Below, in pieces: positions 19,785-30,952 of a DNA stretch of 64,000 nt. The DNA lies in contig JABINC010000041.1 in the NCBI GenBank assembly GCA_018697675.1, positions 571 through 64,570 on the forward strand, read 5' to 3'. Origin of the DNA: Candidatus Peregrinibacteria bacterium (lineage in GTDB: Bacteria > Patescibacteriota > Gracilibacteria > UBA1369 > JABINC01). A program made the translations under genes and the position numbers. Each line of letters opens with the position of its first letter. The first letter of the stretch is position 1. The notes beneath the pieces were generated by a model. The model was not told the origin of the DNA. It ran no database searches and worked only from the letters and a program-made list of their open reading frames with translations.

Positions 19785-20759
19785 ATGAAAACTATTCTTT
19801 CGGGAGTACAGCCATCTGGAACTCAACATCTTGGGAATTATTTTGGGGCTATGCGACAAAATATAGCGCTAAGTAATGATCCAAATTATGAGGCGTATAT
19901 ATTTCTAGCAGACATGCATGCGCTCACAACGGTCAAAGATCCAGCAATGCTCAAGAAGATGAGTACAGATCTGATGCTTGATTATCTTGCACTTGGGCTT
20001 GATCCAGAAAAAACAACTTTTTTCCAACAAAGTGCTGTAAGCGCACATACAGAATTGGCTTGGATTTTGGCTTGCCTAACTCCACATGGACTACTCGAAA
20101 GAGCTCACTCTTGGAAGGATGCACTCGCAAAAGGGGTCAAAGATACGACAGCGGGGCTTTTTACTTACCCGGTCCTAATGACAGCGGATATTTTGCTCTA
20201 CAAACCAGACCTCGTGCCAGTTGGGAAAGATCAGAAACAACATTTGGAAATTGCGAGAGACATCGCAATGAAATTCAACAATCAATATGGAGAAACATTT
20301 CCACTTCCAGAAGAGTACACTCCAAAAGAAGTTGCAGTAGTGCCAGGAACTGACGGACAAAAGATGAGCAAGAGCTATGGAAACACGATCGAATTCTTCG
20401 CACCAGAAAACGTTCTCAAAAAACAAGTAATGGGAATTGTGACTGACTCAACCCCTGTTGAAGACCCAAAAGATCCAGAGAAATGTAATGTCTTTCAAAT
20501 TTTCAAATTATTCCTCGATGAAAATGAACAAAAAGAGCTTGCAGACCGCTATAAAAATGGTGGGCTTGGGTATGGAGATGCCAAGAAAATGCTTTTAGAA
20601 CGCATTCTTGATTACTTCGGACCTTATCGCAAAAAACGAGTTGAACTTGAAGGGAATTTGGATTACATTAACTCCGTTATAAACAGTGGAAACGAGAAAG
20701 CAAATCAAAGGGCTCTAAAAACCCTTGAAGAAGTGAAGAAAGCCGTAGGACTCATATAA
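19785..20759 (+). CDS. trpS: tryptophan--tRNA ligase
   Basis: SGVQPSG, HLGNY, YPVLMTADIL, VPVGKDQKQHLE, KMSKS. Confidence 0.98.
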   Translation: MKTILSGVQPSGTQHLGNYFGAMRQNIALSNDPNYEAYIFLADMHALTTVKDPAMLKKMSTDLMLDYLALGLDPEKTTFFQQSAVSAHTELAWILACLTPHGLLERAHSWKDALAKGVKDTTAGLFTYPVLMTADILLYKPDLVPVGKDQKQHLEIARDIAMKFNNQYGETFPLPEEYTPKEVAVVPGTDGQKMSKSYGNTIEFFAPENVLKKQVMGIVTDSTPVEDPKDPEKCNVFQIFKLFLDENEQKELADRYKNGGLGYGDAKKMLLERILDYFGPYRKKRVELEGNLDYINSVINSGNEKANQRALKTLEEVKKAVGLI

Positions 20760-20839
20760 CACTCAATATCACCCGCAACCAATTCAAGAAGTGCAAGATT
20801 GTGCAACGTTGTTTAACAAAATTTAATTAAAATAAAAAC

Positions 20840-22471
20840 ATGACGAAATACATATTCGTTACTGGTGGAGTATGTTCATCCCTTGGGAAAGGGATCGCCT
20901 CAGCATCTATCGGTACGCTTCTTAAGGCTAGCGGCTTTAAGGTTTTTTCTATGAAATTGGATCCATATTTAAATGTAGATCCAGGTACTATGAGTCCATT
21001 CCAACATGGTGAAGTTTTCGTCACAGAGGACGGAGGCGAAACAGATCTCGACCTCGGACATTACGAAAGATTTATCGGAGAAAATCTCTCAGCGGAATCA
21101 TCTGTATCTACCGGAAAAATATATACCGAAGTTCTAGACAAAGAACGCCAAGGTAAATTCTTGGGAGGAACAATTCAAATAATTCCGCATATCACCGGAG
21201 CTATCAAAAATCGAATTTTAAAAGCGGGTAAAAAGAGTAAGGCGGACATCGTGCTAGTAGAGATAGGGGGGACTACGGGAGATATAGAGGGGTTGCCCTA
21301 TCTCGAGTCAATTAGACAGCTGAGACACGAACTGGGGCATGAAAATACATTGTATGTACACTTGACCCTTCTGCCGTATCTCATGGGATCTGGCGAACTC
21401 AAAACTAAACCAACTCAGGCGTCAGTTAGAGATCTGCGATCTATCGGTATTCAACCCGATATGATCATTGCTAGAGCGGACTACCCTATCACAAAAGAAA
21501 TGCTCAAAAAAATATCTTTATTCTGTGATGTTGAATTAAAGGCGGTAATTCCAGCTATGACGCTAAACTCAATTTACAAAGTCCCATTAGAATTTCAAAA
21601 ATACAAAGTAGCTCAAATTGTCGCAGAAAAATTACAACTCGGAAAAGTTTCTCCTAGACTTGCAAAATGGAAAGAATTCGTGGAAAAAATCGAAAAGAAA
21701 AAATCAAATGTACGAATCGCACTTGTAGGGAAATATACTGGTCTAGATGATGCATATTTGTCGGTTATCGAATCATTGAAAATTGCATGTTATCACGAAG
21801 ACAGGAACTTAGAATTAGAATGGGTCTCCGCAGAAGAGCTCGAACGCAAAAAGAAATCAACGTGGAAACGACTCTCAGAATGTGATGGAATTTTGGTCCC
21901 AGGCGGCTTTGGAATTCGCGGAGTCGAAGGGAAGATCTTGGCTGCAAAATACGCAAGGGAAAACCGCGTCCCATATTTAGGCCTCTGTCTGGGAATGCAA
22001 ATCATGACAATCGAATATGCTAGACACTACCTAGAAGATCCAAAAATTACCTCAGAAGAATTCGATGAAAAAGAACTGCTCGACAAATCAAAATACATAA
22101 TTCATTTTCTTCCAGGACAGTACAAAGGCTGCAAGATGGGAGGAACACTAAGACTCGGCTCATACCCTTGTCACCTTGAAAAAGACACAAAAGCTCAGAA
22201 ACTTTACAACAAGAAAGAAGTTCAAGAACGACACAGGCACAGATATGAGGTCAATAACGATTTTTTGGAACAACTAAAAGATTCTAATTGGGTAGCCAGT
22301 GGTATGTACCGCGAAGCCGGTCTTGTAGAAATAGCTGAACTCAAAAAACATCCTTTTATGATCGGATGCCAATCTCATCCAGAGTTCTTATCACGTCCAG
22401 ATAAACCACATCCATTCTTTACAGGATTGATCAAAGCTTCAAAAAATTATCAAAGAAAACGAAAAAAATAA
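20840..22471 (+). CDS. pyrG: CTP synthase
   Basis: KYIFVTGGVCSSLGKG, DPYLNVDPGTMSPFQHGE, GLCLGMQ, ERHRHRYE, HPEF. Confidence 0.98.
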   Translation: MTKYIFVTGGVCSSLGKGIASASIGTLLKASGFKVFSMKLDPYLNVDPGTMSPFQHGEVFVTEDGGETDLDLGHYERFIGENLSAESSVSTGKIYTEVLDKERQGKFLGGTIQIIPHITGAIKNRILKAGKKSKADIVLVEIGGTTGDIEGLPYLESIRQLRHELGHENTLYVHLTLLPYLMGSGELKTKPTQASVRDLRSIGIQPDMIIARADYPITKEMLKKISLFCDVELKAVIPAMTLNSIYKVPLEFQKYKVAQIVAEKLQLGKVSPRLAKWKEFVEKIEKKKSNVRIALVGKYTGLDDAYLSVIESLKIACYHEDRNLELEWVSAEELERKKKSTWKRLSECDGILVPGGFGIRGVEGKILAAKYARENRVPYLGLCLGMQIMTIEYARHYLEDPKITSEEFDEKELLDKSKYIIHFLPGQYKGCKMGGTLRLGSYPCHLEKDTKAQKLYNKKEVQERHRHRYEVNNDFLEQLKDSNWVASGMYREAGLVEIAELKKHPFMIGCQSHPEFLSRPDKPHPFFTGLIKASKNYQRKRKK

Positions 22472-22486
22472 AATAACAAAGTCTCA

Positions 22487-23779
22487 ATGCAATTTCAGTA
22501 CACTGCAATCAACAACGAGAATAAAAAACTAAACGGTTTCATAAATGCCGAAAATGAAGAAGATGCCCGAAACCAACTAAATAACTTAGGACTGGCAGTA
22601 CTTGGTATAGAACTAAAAGATTCTGAAGACACAGAAGATGAAGAAAAACTCAAATTTGAAGCTCTCGATAAAAACGGTAAAAAAATCATCGGGACGATCC
22701 CAAGCACAGATAAAAATGAAGCCTTTAAGCGTCTCATAGAAGAGTATAATTTTCAAATTTTGGCGCTCTACAAGCTAGATGCCACAGAAGAAGAAAAAGA
22801 ATTATCACGAACAGAAATAGGAGCTTTGCAAAACAACTATGAACTCAAGAAAGCAGAAGAAGCAACTCCAGGAATTCTCACAGAAGAAGAGAAAAAAGTG
22901 AAAGAAGAACTTTTGAACGAAGTTAAATTTGTTATAACCAAAGTTAATGAAATACTCGAAAAATTCACCGATGAAATAAAACCAGCAGAGATCAAGAACA
23001 TTGAAGCAATGCGAGACAAGCTCCTACGACTAAAAAGCTCAAACAATCTGAATTTCATAAAACAAACCTGTGAGGAACTTCTAAAAATCATTCAGAAAAA
23101 GGAAATCTACCTACATCAAGATCAATTTGTACAAGGAAGGGAGCGTATAAAGCTTGAAACGCAAAAACTTCTCCTGGAGATTCACAAATTAGATACCAGC
23201 CCAAATGTGGATTTATTTTCAGACGAATCAAGTTTCAGAAAGATAAAAGAAAAATTCTTCAAAACCAAAGCTGTATCTGAAGAAAAAACAACTCTAAAAG
23301 CTCAGATCAGAGAAATTCAAAGCCAACTCTTCGATTATTATCGAATTTGGCTAAAAGCTTCACGCAGTATGAAGCCAGAAATAAAAAATAAAATCAGGGA
23401 ACTCAGTGCTTCAAAAAGAGAACTAAAAGCCAGCCTTAAGTCGGTTGCAAAAGAAGAAAGACTCAAATCGAAAACTCATAAAGTGAGTACATTGGAACCA
23501 GACCTCATAATCATAACAGGCTGGCTACTAACATTTTATCTTGGCTACTATTTTCTCAACTACTACCTGACTTTCAAGACAAGTTTCTTGAACCGCAATT
23601 TCAGTTTCCAAAGCAATATATTTGAATCCCCAGTATTTACATATTTAATACTAGGAATATTTCTACTGCACATAATCTTGCAAACAAAACAAATGTTCTT
23701 GAGACAGAATCGAGCTTTTAACTACATCGCATACCCACTGCTACTAATAACAATAGTTCTCATTAATATAAATTTCTAA
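22487..23779 (+). CDS. hypothetical membrane protein with two PilC/GspF-like N-terminal modules, helical middle and three C-terminal TM helices
   Basis: MQFQYTAINNENKKLNGFINAENEEDARNQL and KFEALDKNGKKIIGTIPSTDKNEAFKRL; hydrophobic C-terminus. Confidence 0.7.
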   Translation: MQFQYTAINNENKKLNGFINAENEEDARNQLNNLGLAVLGIELKDSEDTEDEEKLKFEALDKNGKKIIGTIPSTDKNEAFKRLIEEYNFQILALYKLDATEEEKELSRTEIGALQNNYELKKAEEATPGILTEEEKKVKEELLNEVKFVITKVNEILEKFTDEIKPAEIKNIEAMRDKLLRLKSSNNLNFIKQTCEELLKIIQKKEIYLHQDQFVQGRERIKLETQKLLLEIHKLDTSPNVDLFSDESSFRKIKEKFFKTKAVSEEKTTLKAQIREIQSQLFDYYRIWLKASRSMKPEIKNKIRELSASKRELKASLKSVAKEERLKSKTHKVSTLEPDLIIITGWLLTFYLGYYFLNYYLTFKTSFLNRNFSFQSNIFESPVFTYLILGIFLLHIILQTKQMFLRQNRAFNYIAYPLLLITIVLININF

Positions 23780-24555
23780 TGTACCCGACACTTTTTAAAA
23801 TCGGACCTTTTGTATTTGGAACCATATGGATTTTCGTCGGAATAAGCGTATATGTTTTTTTGAAACTACTCGTAAAAGCTATTCAAAAAAATAGAGGCGA
23901 TTTCAAATTTCTATACCAAAACTCTACGGCACTCATAATAGGGTTTTTCATAGGGGCGCGATTCACCCACGTAGCAACAAACTTCTCATATTATTTCTAC
24001 GATTTCTCGCTACACAGCTTCCTTTCGACTTTTACAATATGGGACAAAGGATTCTCATTTTGGGGAGGACTGATAACGGTACTCTTCATGATCTACATGA
24101 AAACACGTACCAGAAAAGAATCATTCAAAAAATGGATGGATTACATGACCGAACCATTTTTATACGCACTCCCAATTGCATATCTAGGAAAATTCTTAGA
24201 CGGAATGGGCTACGGCACAAAAACCGATCTACCCATAGGAATAGCCTTCAAAAACATGAATGTATCGATCATCGACCCCGTACACCCGACCCAGATTTAC
24301 AGCATGACACTACTAATAATTGCCATTCTCATATTCCGACATGTACAGAAATCAAAACCAAAACTACGGCAAATAAAAGGAGCTAGATCAAGTTTTGCAA
24401 TAGGACTCATTTCAACAATATTACTAATAGAACATCTATTCCGAGGAGATCCTACAGTAGAAATTTTTAATGTACGAGCTGGTGTTTATATATCTCTGGT
24501 CATAGCTATAGCATCATGGATATATTTAATAAAAAATATCAAAAAATCTAAATAA
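23779..24555 (+). CDS. prolipoprotein diacylglyceryl transferase family protein, divergent
   Basis: MYPTLFKIG, GARF, GFSFWGG, YGTKTDLPIG, HPTQIY, FRGD; several signature residues substituted; TAATG overlap with upstream gene. Confidence 0.8.
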   Translation: MYPTLFKIGPFVFGTIWIFVGISVYVFLKLLVKAIQKNRGDFKFLYQNSTALIIGFFIGARFTHVATNFSYYFYDFSLHSFLSTFTIWDKGFSFWGGLITVLFMIYMKTRTRKESFKKWMDYMTEPFLYALPIAYLGKFLDGMGYGTKTDLPIGIAFKNMNVSIIDPVHPTQIYSMTLLIIAILIFRHVQKSKPKLRQIKGARSSFAIGLISTILLIEHLFRGDPTVEIFNVRAGVYISLVIAIASWIYLIKNIKKSK

Positions 24556-24561
24556 TCTAAA

Positions 24562-24987
24562 ATGAATATCTCAGAATTATTTACACTCTCATATTACTTT
24601 GATCTAACACCAAATGGCGGAACTCTAAGTATTTTTCTTGCAATATATTTTCTATTAATCCTGGCGCTGAGAGCACATTTAAGACTGGTCGCCGGCAAAC
24701 ATGAACATAGGAAAATTGCTAGAAAATTACAGAAAACGCACCTAAGCAGATTGGCAATAATTGCAACTTTAGGAGTCCTAAATATCGGAGCCAGACATAT
24801 AGGTTTAGCATTTTTCTCAATGAGAATATGGGCGTATTTCCTAGTACTCTGGAGTTTTTATGAATTATGGAATGTATATCAAGTGTTTCAAAAGAGAATA
24901 CATACGCACATAGAAACACACAGCCCAATTCACGTGGACAAATACATACCACATAAAAAAACCAGAAAGAAAAAGCGTAGACGATAA
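24562..24987 (+). CDS. small hypothetical membrane protein (3 TM) with basic C-tail
   Basis: Three hydrophobic segments; ends KYIPHKKTRKKKRRR. Confidence 0.75.
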   Translation: MNISELFTLSYYFDLTPNGGTLSIFLAIYFLLILALRAHLRLVAGKHEHRKIARKLQKTHLSRLAIIATLGVLNIGARHIGLAFFSMRIWAYFLVLWSFYELWNVYQVFQKRIHTHIETHSPIHVDKYIPHKKTRKKKRRR

Positions 24988-24991
24988 GAGA

Positions 24992-25564
24992 TTACTTGAT
25001 TGAGAGTAATTTATATCGCACTTTTCCTGCAGGCACCTGCACTTCAATAGTCTCCCCTACTTCTCTGTCTATCAAAGCCGCACCAATAGGAGATTCATTC
25101 GATAAAAGCTTATTCAGAGAATCACTTTCTGTAGTACCAACAATAGTGTACTCCTCTTCAGATTTATCTTTTATACTTCTGATTTTCACCTTTGCCCCAA
25201 GCGTAACAACCTTTGCCGAATGTTTATCAGAGATGATTCTTGCATTCTTGATTTTATCTTCCAATTCAATAATTCGCCCCTCAACAAAAGCTTGTTCATT
25301 TTTCGCCTCTTCATACTCCGAATTCTCCGAAAGATCCCCAAAAGAGATAGCCTCTTTCAATCTTCCTGATACTTCTTTACGCCTCACAGTTTTCAAATGA
25401 TTCAATTCTTCCTTAAGTTTCTTGAGCCCTTCTCTCGTAACAAACACCTCTGCAACAGGAGCAGATATCGGAAGTATAACTTTCTCCTTAGTTTTTTTAA
25501 CCACTTTTTTAACAGCTTTTAGCTTAGTAGCTGGCTTTTTATCAGTTTTCTTAGGCATAGTCAT
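24992..25564 (-). CDS. greA: transcription elongation factor GreA (Lys-rich N-terminal extension)
   Basis: GDLSENSEYEEAKNEQ, SNESPIGAAL. Confidence 0.96.
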   Translation of the reverse strand: MTMPKKTDKKPATKLKAVKKVVKKTKEKVILPISAPVAEVFVTREGLKKLKEELNHLKTVRRKEVSGRLKEAISFGDLSENSEYEEAKNEQAFVEGRIIELEDKIKNARIISDKHSAKVVTLGAKVKIRSIKDKSEEEYTIVGTTESDSLNKLLSNESPIGAALIDREVGETIEVQVPAGKVRYKLLSIK

Positions 25565-25585
25565 GAATAATTAAAATTTAATTTC

Positions 25586-26794
25586 TTAAAGTGGTCTGAT
25601 CTTCACACTAGTAGGATGCTCCTTTAATTTTTGTAGAACTTTCGCCTCAATCTGACGAATACGCTCACGAGTTACACCAAATTCTTGCCCAACCTCTTCA
25701 AGGGTATGTCCAATCCCATCTAAAAGACCGAAACGCATTTCAATAATCTTCTTTTCACGTGGAGACAAGTATTGGAGCATCTCATGAATGTTCTCTTTAA
25801 CAAGCTGACGATTAGTCGCATCTGAAGGCGATAAAGCATCATCATCCTCAATAAAATCTCCAAGTTTGCTATCTTCCTCCGCTCCAACCGGTGCTTCAAG
25901 AGATACAATGTCCTGAGAAATTTTCAAAATATGCCGAACTTTCTTCATATCCATATCCATCTCGGCAGCAAGCTCTTCTACAAGCGGCTCACGACCAAGC
26001 TCTTGCACCAACCGACGCTGTGTATGAGTAAGCTTATTGATAGTCTCAACCATATGCACAGGTATACGAATCGTTCGCGCTTGGTCTGCAATTGCACGAG
26101 TGATCGCCTGACGAATCCACCACGTCGCATAAGTAGAAAATTTGAATCCACGATTCGGATCAAATTTCTCAACCGCACGGAATAATCCAATATTTCCTTC
26201 TTGAATAAGATCAAGGAATGAAAGTCCACGACCAATATATTTTTTCGCAATACTTACAACTAATCGAAGATTCGCTTCAGCCAATTGAGTTTTAGCAGTT
26301 TGATCTCCTCTTGCAATACGACGTGCGAGATCCGCTTCTTCTTTTGCAGTGAGCAGATCTACTTTCCCAATTTCACAAAGATACATACGAATTGAATCAT
26401 TCGCAATCTCCTGTAAATCAACGGATCTTGTATGTTTAGTAATATGTTTTTCCTCTCTGCTTTTTTTCTTCTTTTTCTCTTCATCGTCGTCATCATCGTC
26501 ATCTCCATCACCTTTACCACCGCTACTACTACCTTCTTCTTCACCCTCTTTCTCACCCCAAATAAGTGCTTTTTCAACATCCACAACGTCAATCCCGCAC
26601 TCAACAAAAAGCGAATACAACTCATCTACAAGCTCAATATCTTCCTCCATATTTGGCATGGCTTTCATCAACTCTTTTTGAGTGACAAACCCATTTTTTT
26701 GACCTTTTTCTATAAGGGTTCTAACAACCTCCGAAAACTGGTTCAGCCGCTCATCAGAGGGCTGTACTATAAACTTCCTGTGTTTTTTTGCCAT
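25586..26794 (-). CDS. rpoD: RNA polymerase primary sigma factor
   Basis: [74 protein letters not shown]. Confidence 0.98.
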   Translation of the reverse strand: MAKKHRKFIVQPSDERLNQFSEVVRTLIEKGQKNGFVTQKELMKAMPNMEEDIELVDELYSLFVECGIDVVDVEKALIWGEKEGEEEGSSSGGKGDGDDDDDDDEEKKKKKSREEKHITKHTRSVDLQEIANDSIRMYLCEIGKVDLLTAKEEADLARRIARGDQTAKTQLAEANLRLVVSIAKKYIGRGLSFLDLIQEGNIGLFRAVEKFDPNRGFKFSTYATWWIRQAITRAIADQARTIRIPVHMVETINKLTHTQRRLVQELGREPLVEELAAEMDMDMKKVRHILKISQDIVSLEAPVGAEEDSKLGDFIEDDDALSPSDATNRQLVKENIHEMLQYLSPREKKIIEMRFGLLDGIGHTLEEVGQEFGVTRERIRQIEAKVLQKLKEHPTSVKIRPL

Positions 26795-28596
26795 TAGGGA
26801 CTTTTTATTAAATCAGAATACTTTTTGAAGAATTGTTCTTCCTCTTCTGCCATTCCTTTAGACCTCGCTTCTTTCATCTGAAACTTCAATTCTCTCTTTT
26901 GATTTCTTTCTTGAAGTTTCTTTACTCTATTTGCAATCGCAACTGCTTCACTACACAATTCCTCTTTTGAGAGACGGCTTCCGTATTGGGTTTCTATGAG
27001 CAGAGAAACCACTTTTAAGGTTTCTAAGTACCCCCCATCCATTGCGTCAAAAAAAGCCTCCGTATCAAGAGCGGTGCCATTATAGTTAGTGGTGAGCGCT
27101 TTGTAAACGTTTTTTGCAGTTTCTTCGAGATCATTTTCGGCAAGTACATCTTTTACAGAATCAATAGCTTCAGGGAAAGTCATGAGAAAGCCAAAAAAGT
27201 AGTCTATAGGCGAGAATTCCGGCCCACCCTTCTCCTCTGGATTTTCTTTTGTCGGAGAACGATGTTCATACTTTTCTTTCTCAACTTTAAATCTATGAAA
27301 TTTATCATGTACATCTTGCGATTCGATATGCAATTTGAAGCTTAATTTTTCAAGATAATCCTTGATTTCAATATCTTCACTCGAGAGTAGTAAAATTTCG
27401 AAGAATTTCTCGCACAACCTAATCTTGTCAGAAGAAGTTAAATTCTTCGAAACTTCTGCTTCGATAATTTCATCAAAATAATGATCCAAATAGTATTTTG
27501 CATCTTTCAAACACCCTTCAAATAGACCTTTATCAGCTTTACACACTTCATCTGGATCTTTGTAATCACCAAGGCTAACTACATACACTTTTAGATTGTT
27601 TTTCAGAGCTAGATCGGTCGCCCGGAGGGCGGCCTTCTGTCCAGCGGAGTCCGAATCAAAAGTTAAATACACGTTCTTTGTGAATCTTTTTACAAATTTA
27701 AGCTGCTCATCGGTAATCGCAGTCCCAGAAGTTGCTACAGCATTTTTATAACCAGCTTGATGAAGTGCAATCACATCAAAATACCCTTCTACAAATATCA
27801 CTTTATCTTCAGCTTTCACAGCATCAACCGCCTTGTTCCAACCATAAATCACTCTAGATTTATTATACACGGGAGTATCAGGGGAATTTAGATATTTCGG
27901 CTCATCTTCCCCCTTAAGTTTTCGCCCACCAAAGCCAATAACTCGCCCTCTTTTATCCCAAATCGGAAACATTAATCGCAGCCTAAATCTATCAAAAACT
28001 TTCGAGGAATCAGTGGATCTCACAGATACCTGCCCAGAAGAAATTATGTGATCTTTGGAGCACCCCTGCCCTATCAAATATTCATAAGTTCTTTCATAAG
28101 AATCCGGCGCAAAACCAATTTGAAAGTCTTTAATTATCTCATCTTTTACCCCTCTTCCCCGCAAATATTCAAGCACCTTCTGCCCATCACCTTTCTCCCA
28201 TAACTGCGCTTCATAGAAACTCGCACAGTGCGTGCAAATCTCTCTCACAAGCTCTTTCTCCTCTTTACGCTCAGCCCTTTTCTCTGAGCTCATTCCACCA
28301 ATTTTCCCAGTGTCATATTTGGTCGTATCAACCCCAGCCTTTTCCGCCAAAAGCTCAACGGCCTCGTGCATATCCATGTTCTCGGTCAGCTCCGTAAATT
28401 TGAAAATATCTCCACCTTTATGACATCCAAAACAATAAGCAATCTGCTTCTCTGGACTCACCATAAAACTCGGTGTTTTCTCATTATGAAAAGGACAAAG
28501 CCCTTTAAAATTCCGCCCAGCTTTCTTGAGTTTCACGTACTGACCCACCAGCTGCACAATATCAGTCTTCGCCTTTATGTCCTCAAAAATCGTCAT
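26794..28596 (-). CDS. dnaG: DNA primase
   Basis: [11 protein letters not shown]...CFGC zinc finger, [21 protein letters not shown]; 1-nt stop/start overlap with rpoD. Confidence 0.98.
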   Translation of the reverse strand: MTIFEDIKAKTDIVQLVGQYVKLKKAGRNFKGLCPFHNEKTPSFMVSPEKQIAYCFGCHKGGDIFKFTELTENMDMHEAVELLAEKAGVDTTKYDTGKIGGMSSEKRAERKEEKELVREICTHCASFYEAQLWEKGDGQKVLEYLRGRGVKDEIIKDFQIGFAPDSYERTYEYLIGQGCSKDHIISSGQVSVRSTDSSKVFDRFRLRLMFPIWDKRGRVIGFGGRKLKGEDEPKYLNSPDTPVYNKSRVIYGWNKAVDAVKAEDKVIFVEGYFDVIALHQAGYKNAVATSGTAITDEQLKFVKRFTKNVYLTFDSDSAGQKAALRATDLALKNNLKVYVVSLGDYKDPDEVCKADKGLFEGCLKDAKYYLDHYFDEIIEAEVSKNLTSSDKIRLCEKFFEILLLSSEDIEIKDYLEKLSFKLHIESQDVHDKFHRFKVEKEKYEHRSPTKENPEEKGGPEFSPIDYFFGFLMTFPEAIDSVKDVLAENDLEETAKNVYKALTTNYNGTALDTEAFFDAMDGGYLETLKVVSLLIETQYGSRLSKEELCSEAVAIANRVKKLQERNQKRELKFQMKEARSKGMAEEEEQFFKKYSDLIKSP

Positions 28597-28705
28597 AATT
28601 TACATTTAACACATAACGGAACTACAATACACCCGATAAGCGGGGAGTAAATCTACCTCAATTACCAAGATTTCTCAAATGAATTTACTTTCAAAAAACA
28701 CTCAA

Positions 28706-28734
28706 TTGTCCTGAAAGAGAAAAAATGGTATACT
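28706..28734 (+). promoter_or_regulatory. sigma70-type promoter with extended -10
   Basis: TTGTCC-17 bp-TATACT, with TG-n just upstream of the -10. Confidence 0.6.
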
Positions 28735-28761
28735 TCAAAGATAAAAATAAAATCATAAATC

Positions 28762-29631
28762 ATGGGAAAAGAAACTCTAGATACAGGAATTGAACGAAAC
28801 CCAGACATAAACAGATTTGAGAATGAAGAAGTTGGGCTCGAAAAACAGACGGTAGAATCTGTAAAAGATGCCTATCTAACAGCACATAGAATACTTAGTA
28901 AGTCATTCAAAATAAAAGATGGGGACCCACCTCGTCATAATCTTGGGAAACATAATCATCAATTTGAGAAAGGCGGATATTTGATTACGATTACGGTCAC
29001 AATAGGCTCAGCAAAAGATGATTTTCGGAATACAGATTATGGGCAATCTCCCAAAGATGGAAGTGGCGTCCCTAAAGATGAAATAGTTCGAATCGACAAA
29101 GCTGATAAATACGGACCTATATACCAACCAATAAGAATTACAGCAAAACAATTAAAAGGCATATGGAGACCACCAAGCGAAGACGAATGGATCAATGAAG
29201 AAGAAATTACATTTACAAACATGTATGTGAATGGACACACAAACATGGAGTTGGAAAGTGTCGGATATGATGATGGAATAATCGCATACAGCAGAATAGA
29301 AAATGGGGAAACTGATATTGTAGGAGGTCCAACATTACTTATGACCTTAGATAAAATAACACCATTACTCATAGAAGAAGAAAAAGCTTTGACACAAGCT
29401 GAAGAAGAATTTGATTTAACAGGTACTGTGAGCAAATCAACATATGACAACCGCATCACCAGTGCCACCACCCCCTATAGATATGGGGGATCAGCAAGAA
29501 GTCGTAGAAGAAGACGTGGGAAAACACGACGAACAAAAGCAGAACATGCAGAAAAAACCAAAAAAAGCGATGACACACCTATATATGGACCAGAGCTAGC
29601 TGAAGGACCAAATGATGATATTCCAACATAA
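28762..29631 (+). CDS. hypothetical protein
   Basis: 289-aa ORF with own promoter; Arg cluster SRRRRRGKTRRTK near C-terminus; no recognised family. Confidence 0.7.
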   Translation: MGKETLDTGIERNPDINRFENEEVGLEKQTVESVKDAYLTAHRILSKSFKIKDGDPPRHNLGKHNHQFEKGGYLITITVTIGSAKDDFRNTDYGQSPKDGSGVPKDEIVRIDKADKYGPIYQPIRITAKQLKGIWRPPSEDEWINEEEITFTNMYVNGHTNMELESVGYDDGIIAYSRIENGETDIVGGPTLLMTLDKITPLLIEEEKALTQAEEEFDLTGTVSKSTYDNRITSATTPYRYGGSARSRRRRRGKTRRTKAEHAEKTKKSDDTPIYGPELAEGPNDDIPT

Positions 29632-29643
29632 AATTAAGAAGAA

Positions 29644-30945
29644 ATGCTAAACTTCATAAACATAGACCCGAATATCACATCAATTTTACTTGCACTCGGG
29701 CTTGGAGCGGTAATTGGGCTTGAGCGAGAAACAATGATGCAGCGTGGAGGATATCCAGGATTCGCAGGAATCAGGACTTTTTCATTTATTGGACTCATGG
29801 GGGCAATATCAGGAATTCTCGGATTACTCGTTCACATATCTCTAGCTGTAGCAGGCCTTGCAATCATGGGCGCACTGATCTCACTTGCTTACTGGGCAGA
29901 ACAAAAACATCAAAGAATAGGATTAACAACAGAGATAACAGCAGTCCTAACATTTATGATCGGAATGCTAACAGCATATGGACAAATTTTCCTCGCAGTA
30001 ATAGTAACGATAGCGATGATCACAGTCCTCTCACTCAGGCAATACCTTCACAGATTCGCAAAAAGTCTAGCAAACGAAGAAATCTTCGCCGGAATCAAAT
30101 TTGCAATCATTGCATTCATAATTTTACCTCTACTTCCAGACATGACATTTGACCCATGGGGAGCGCTCAATCCGTATAAAATCTGGCTGATTGTCGTACT
30201 TATTTCTGGACTTAGCTTCACTGGTTATATACTTAATAAAATCGTAGGAGAACGCAAAGGAATGGCCCTCACGGGGTTCTTCGGCGGATTTGTATCATCT
30301 ACTGCAGTCAACCTAAGCCTCGCCGAACAAAGCAAAGAAAAACGCTTTCCAACTGGAGCCCTACTCCTCGCATTATTTCTAGCTCAAGCATCTAGCTTGA
30401 TCCTCACATGTATCGAACTTTTTGTGCTAAACCGCCCACTCTTCATGGCAGCAATTCTCCCACTAGCAATCACGATTGCCGCATTATTCGGGCTATCTAT
30501 TTTCTATTATCGCTCACGCTCAAAAAAGAAAACTCAGCTCAAAAAAGCAGTTAAAATGAGAAGCCCATTCACTCTTTCACAGGCCCTGATCTTCGGCGGA
30601 ATCTTCAGTGTAATGATGCTTACAATCAAAATTCTTTTCAACTACATAGGAGATGCCGGACTATACGTCACAAGTATTTTCTCTGGATTAATTTCACTCG
30701 ATGCAATGACAGTAACGATCGCCGAAGTGGCAAAGGGCGCTGCAGTCACCACAACTTCAGAAGCCATAACAAATGCCATTTCAATAGACACAGGTTTACA
30801 ACTTATCATTCTAGGAGTTATAGCTAGTATCGTACAAAAAATCATCGCCCTATTTTTCCTGGCAGACAAGAAATTCCGAATAAAGGGAACTGTATATTTA
30901 CTTGCAATCATAGGAATTTTAGGTACATTTGGATACCTATTATAA
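29644..30945 (+). CDS. MgtC/SapB family membrane protein with DUF4010
   Basis: GAVIGLERE, AGIRTF, GLTTE, NPYKIWLIVVLISGLSFTGY, GGFVSSTAV. Confidence 0.9.
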   Translation: MLNFINIDPNITSILLALGLGAVIGLERETMMQRGGYPGFAGIRTFSFIGLMGAISGILGLLVHISLAVAGLAIMGALISLAYWAEQKHQRIGLTTEITAVLTFMIGMLTAYGQIFLAVIVTIAMITVLSLRQYLHRFAKSLANEEIFAGIKFAIIAFIILPLLPDMTFDPWGALNPYKIWLIVVLISGLSFTGYILNKIVGERKGMALTGFFGGFVSSTAVNLSLAEQSKEKRFPTGALLLALFLAQASSLILTCIELFVLNRPLFMAAILPLAITIAALFGLSIFYYRSRSKKKTQLKKAVKMRSPFTLSQALIFGGIFSVMMLTIKILFNYIGDAGLYVTSIFSGLISLDAMTVTIAEVAKGAAVTTTSEAITNAISIDTGLQLIILGVIASIVQKIIALFFLADKKFRIKGTVYLLAIIGILGTFGYLL

Positions 30946-30952
30946 ATAGGTT

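Noticed and set aside
26450-26560. Asp/Lys/Ser low-complexity run in rpoD
   Set aside because: Normal acidic linker between sigma regions 1.1 and 1.2
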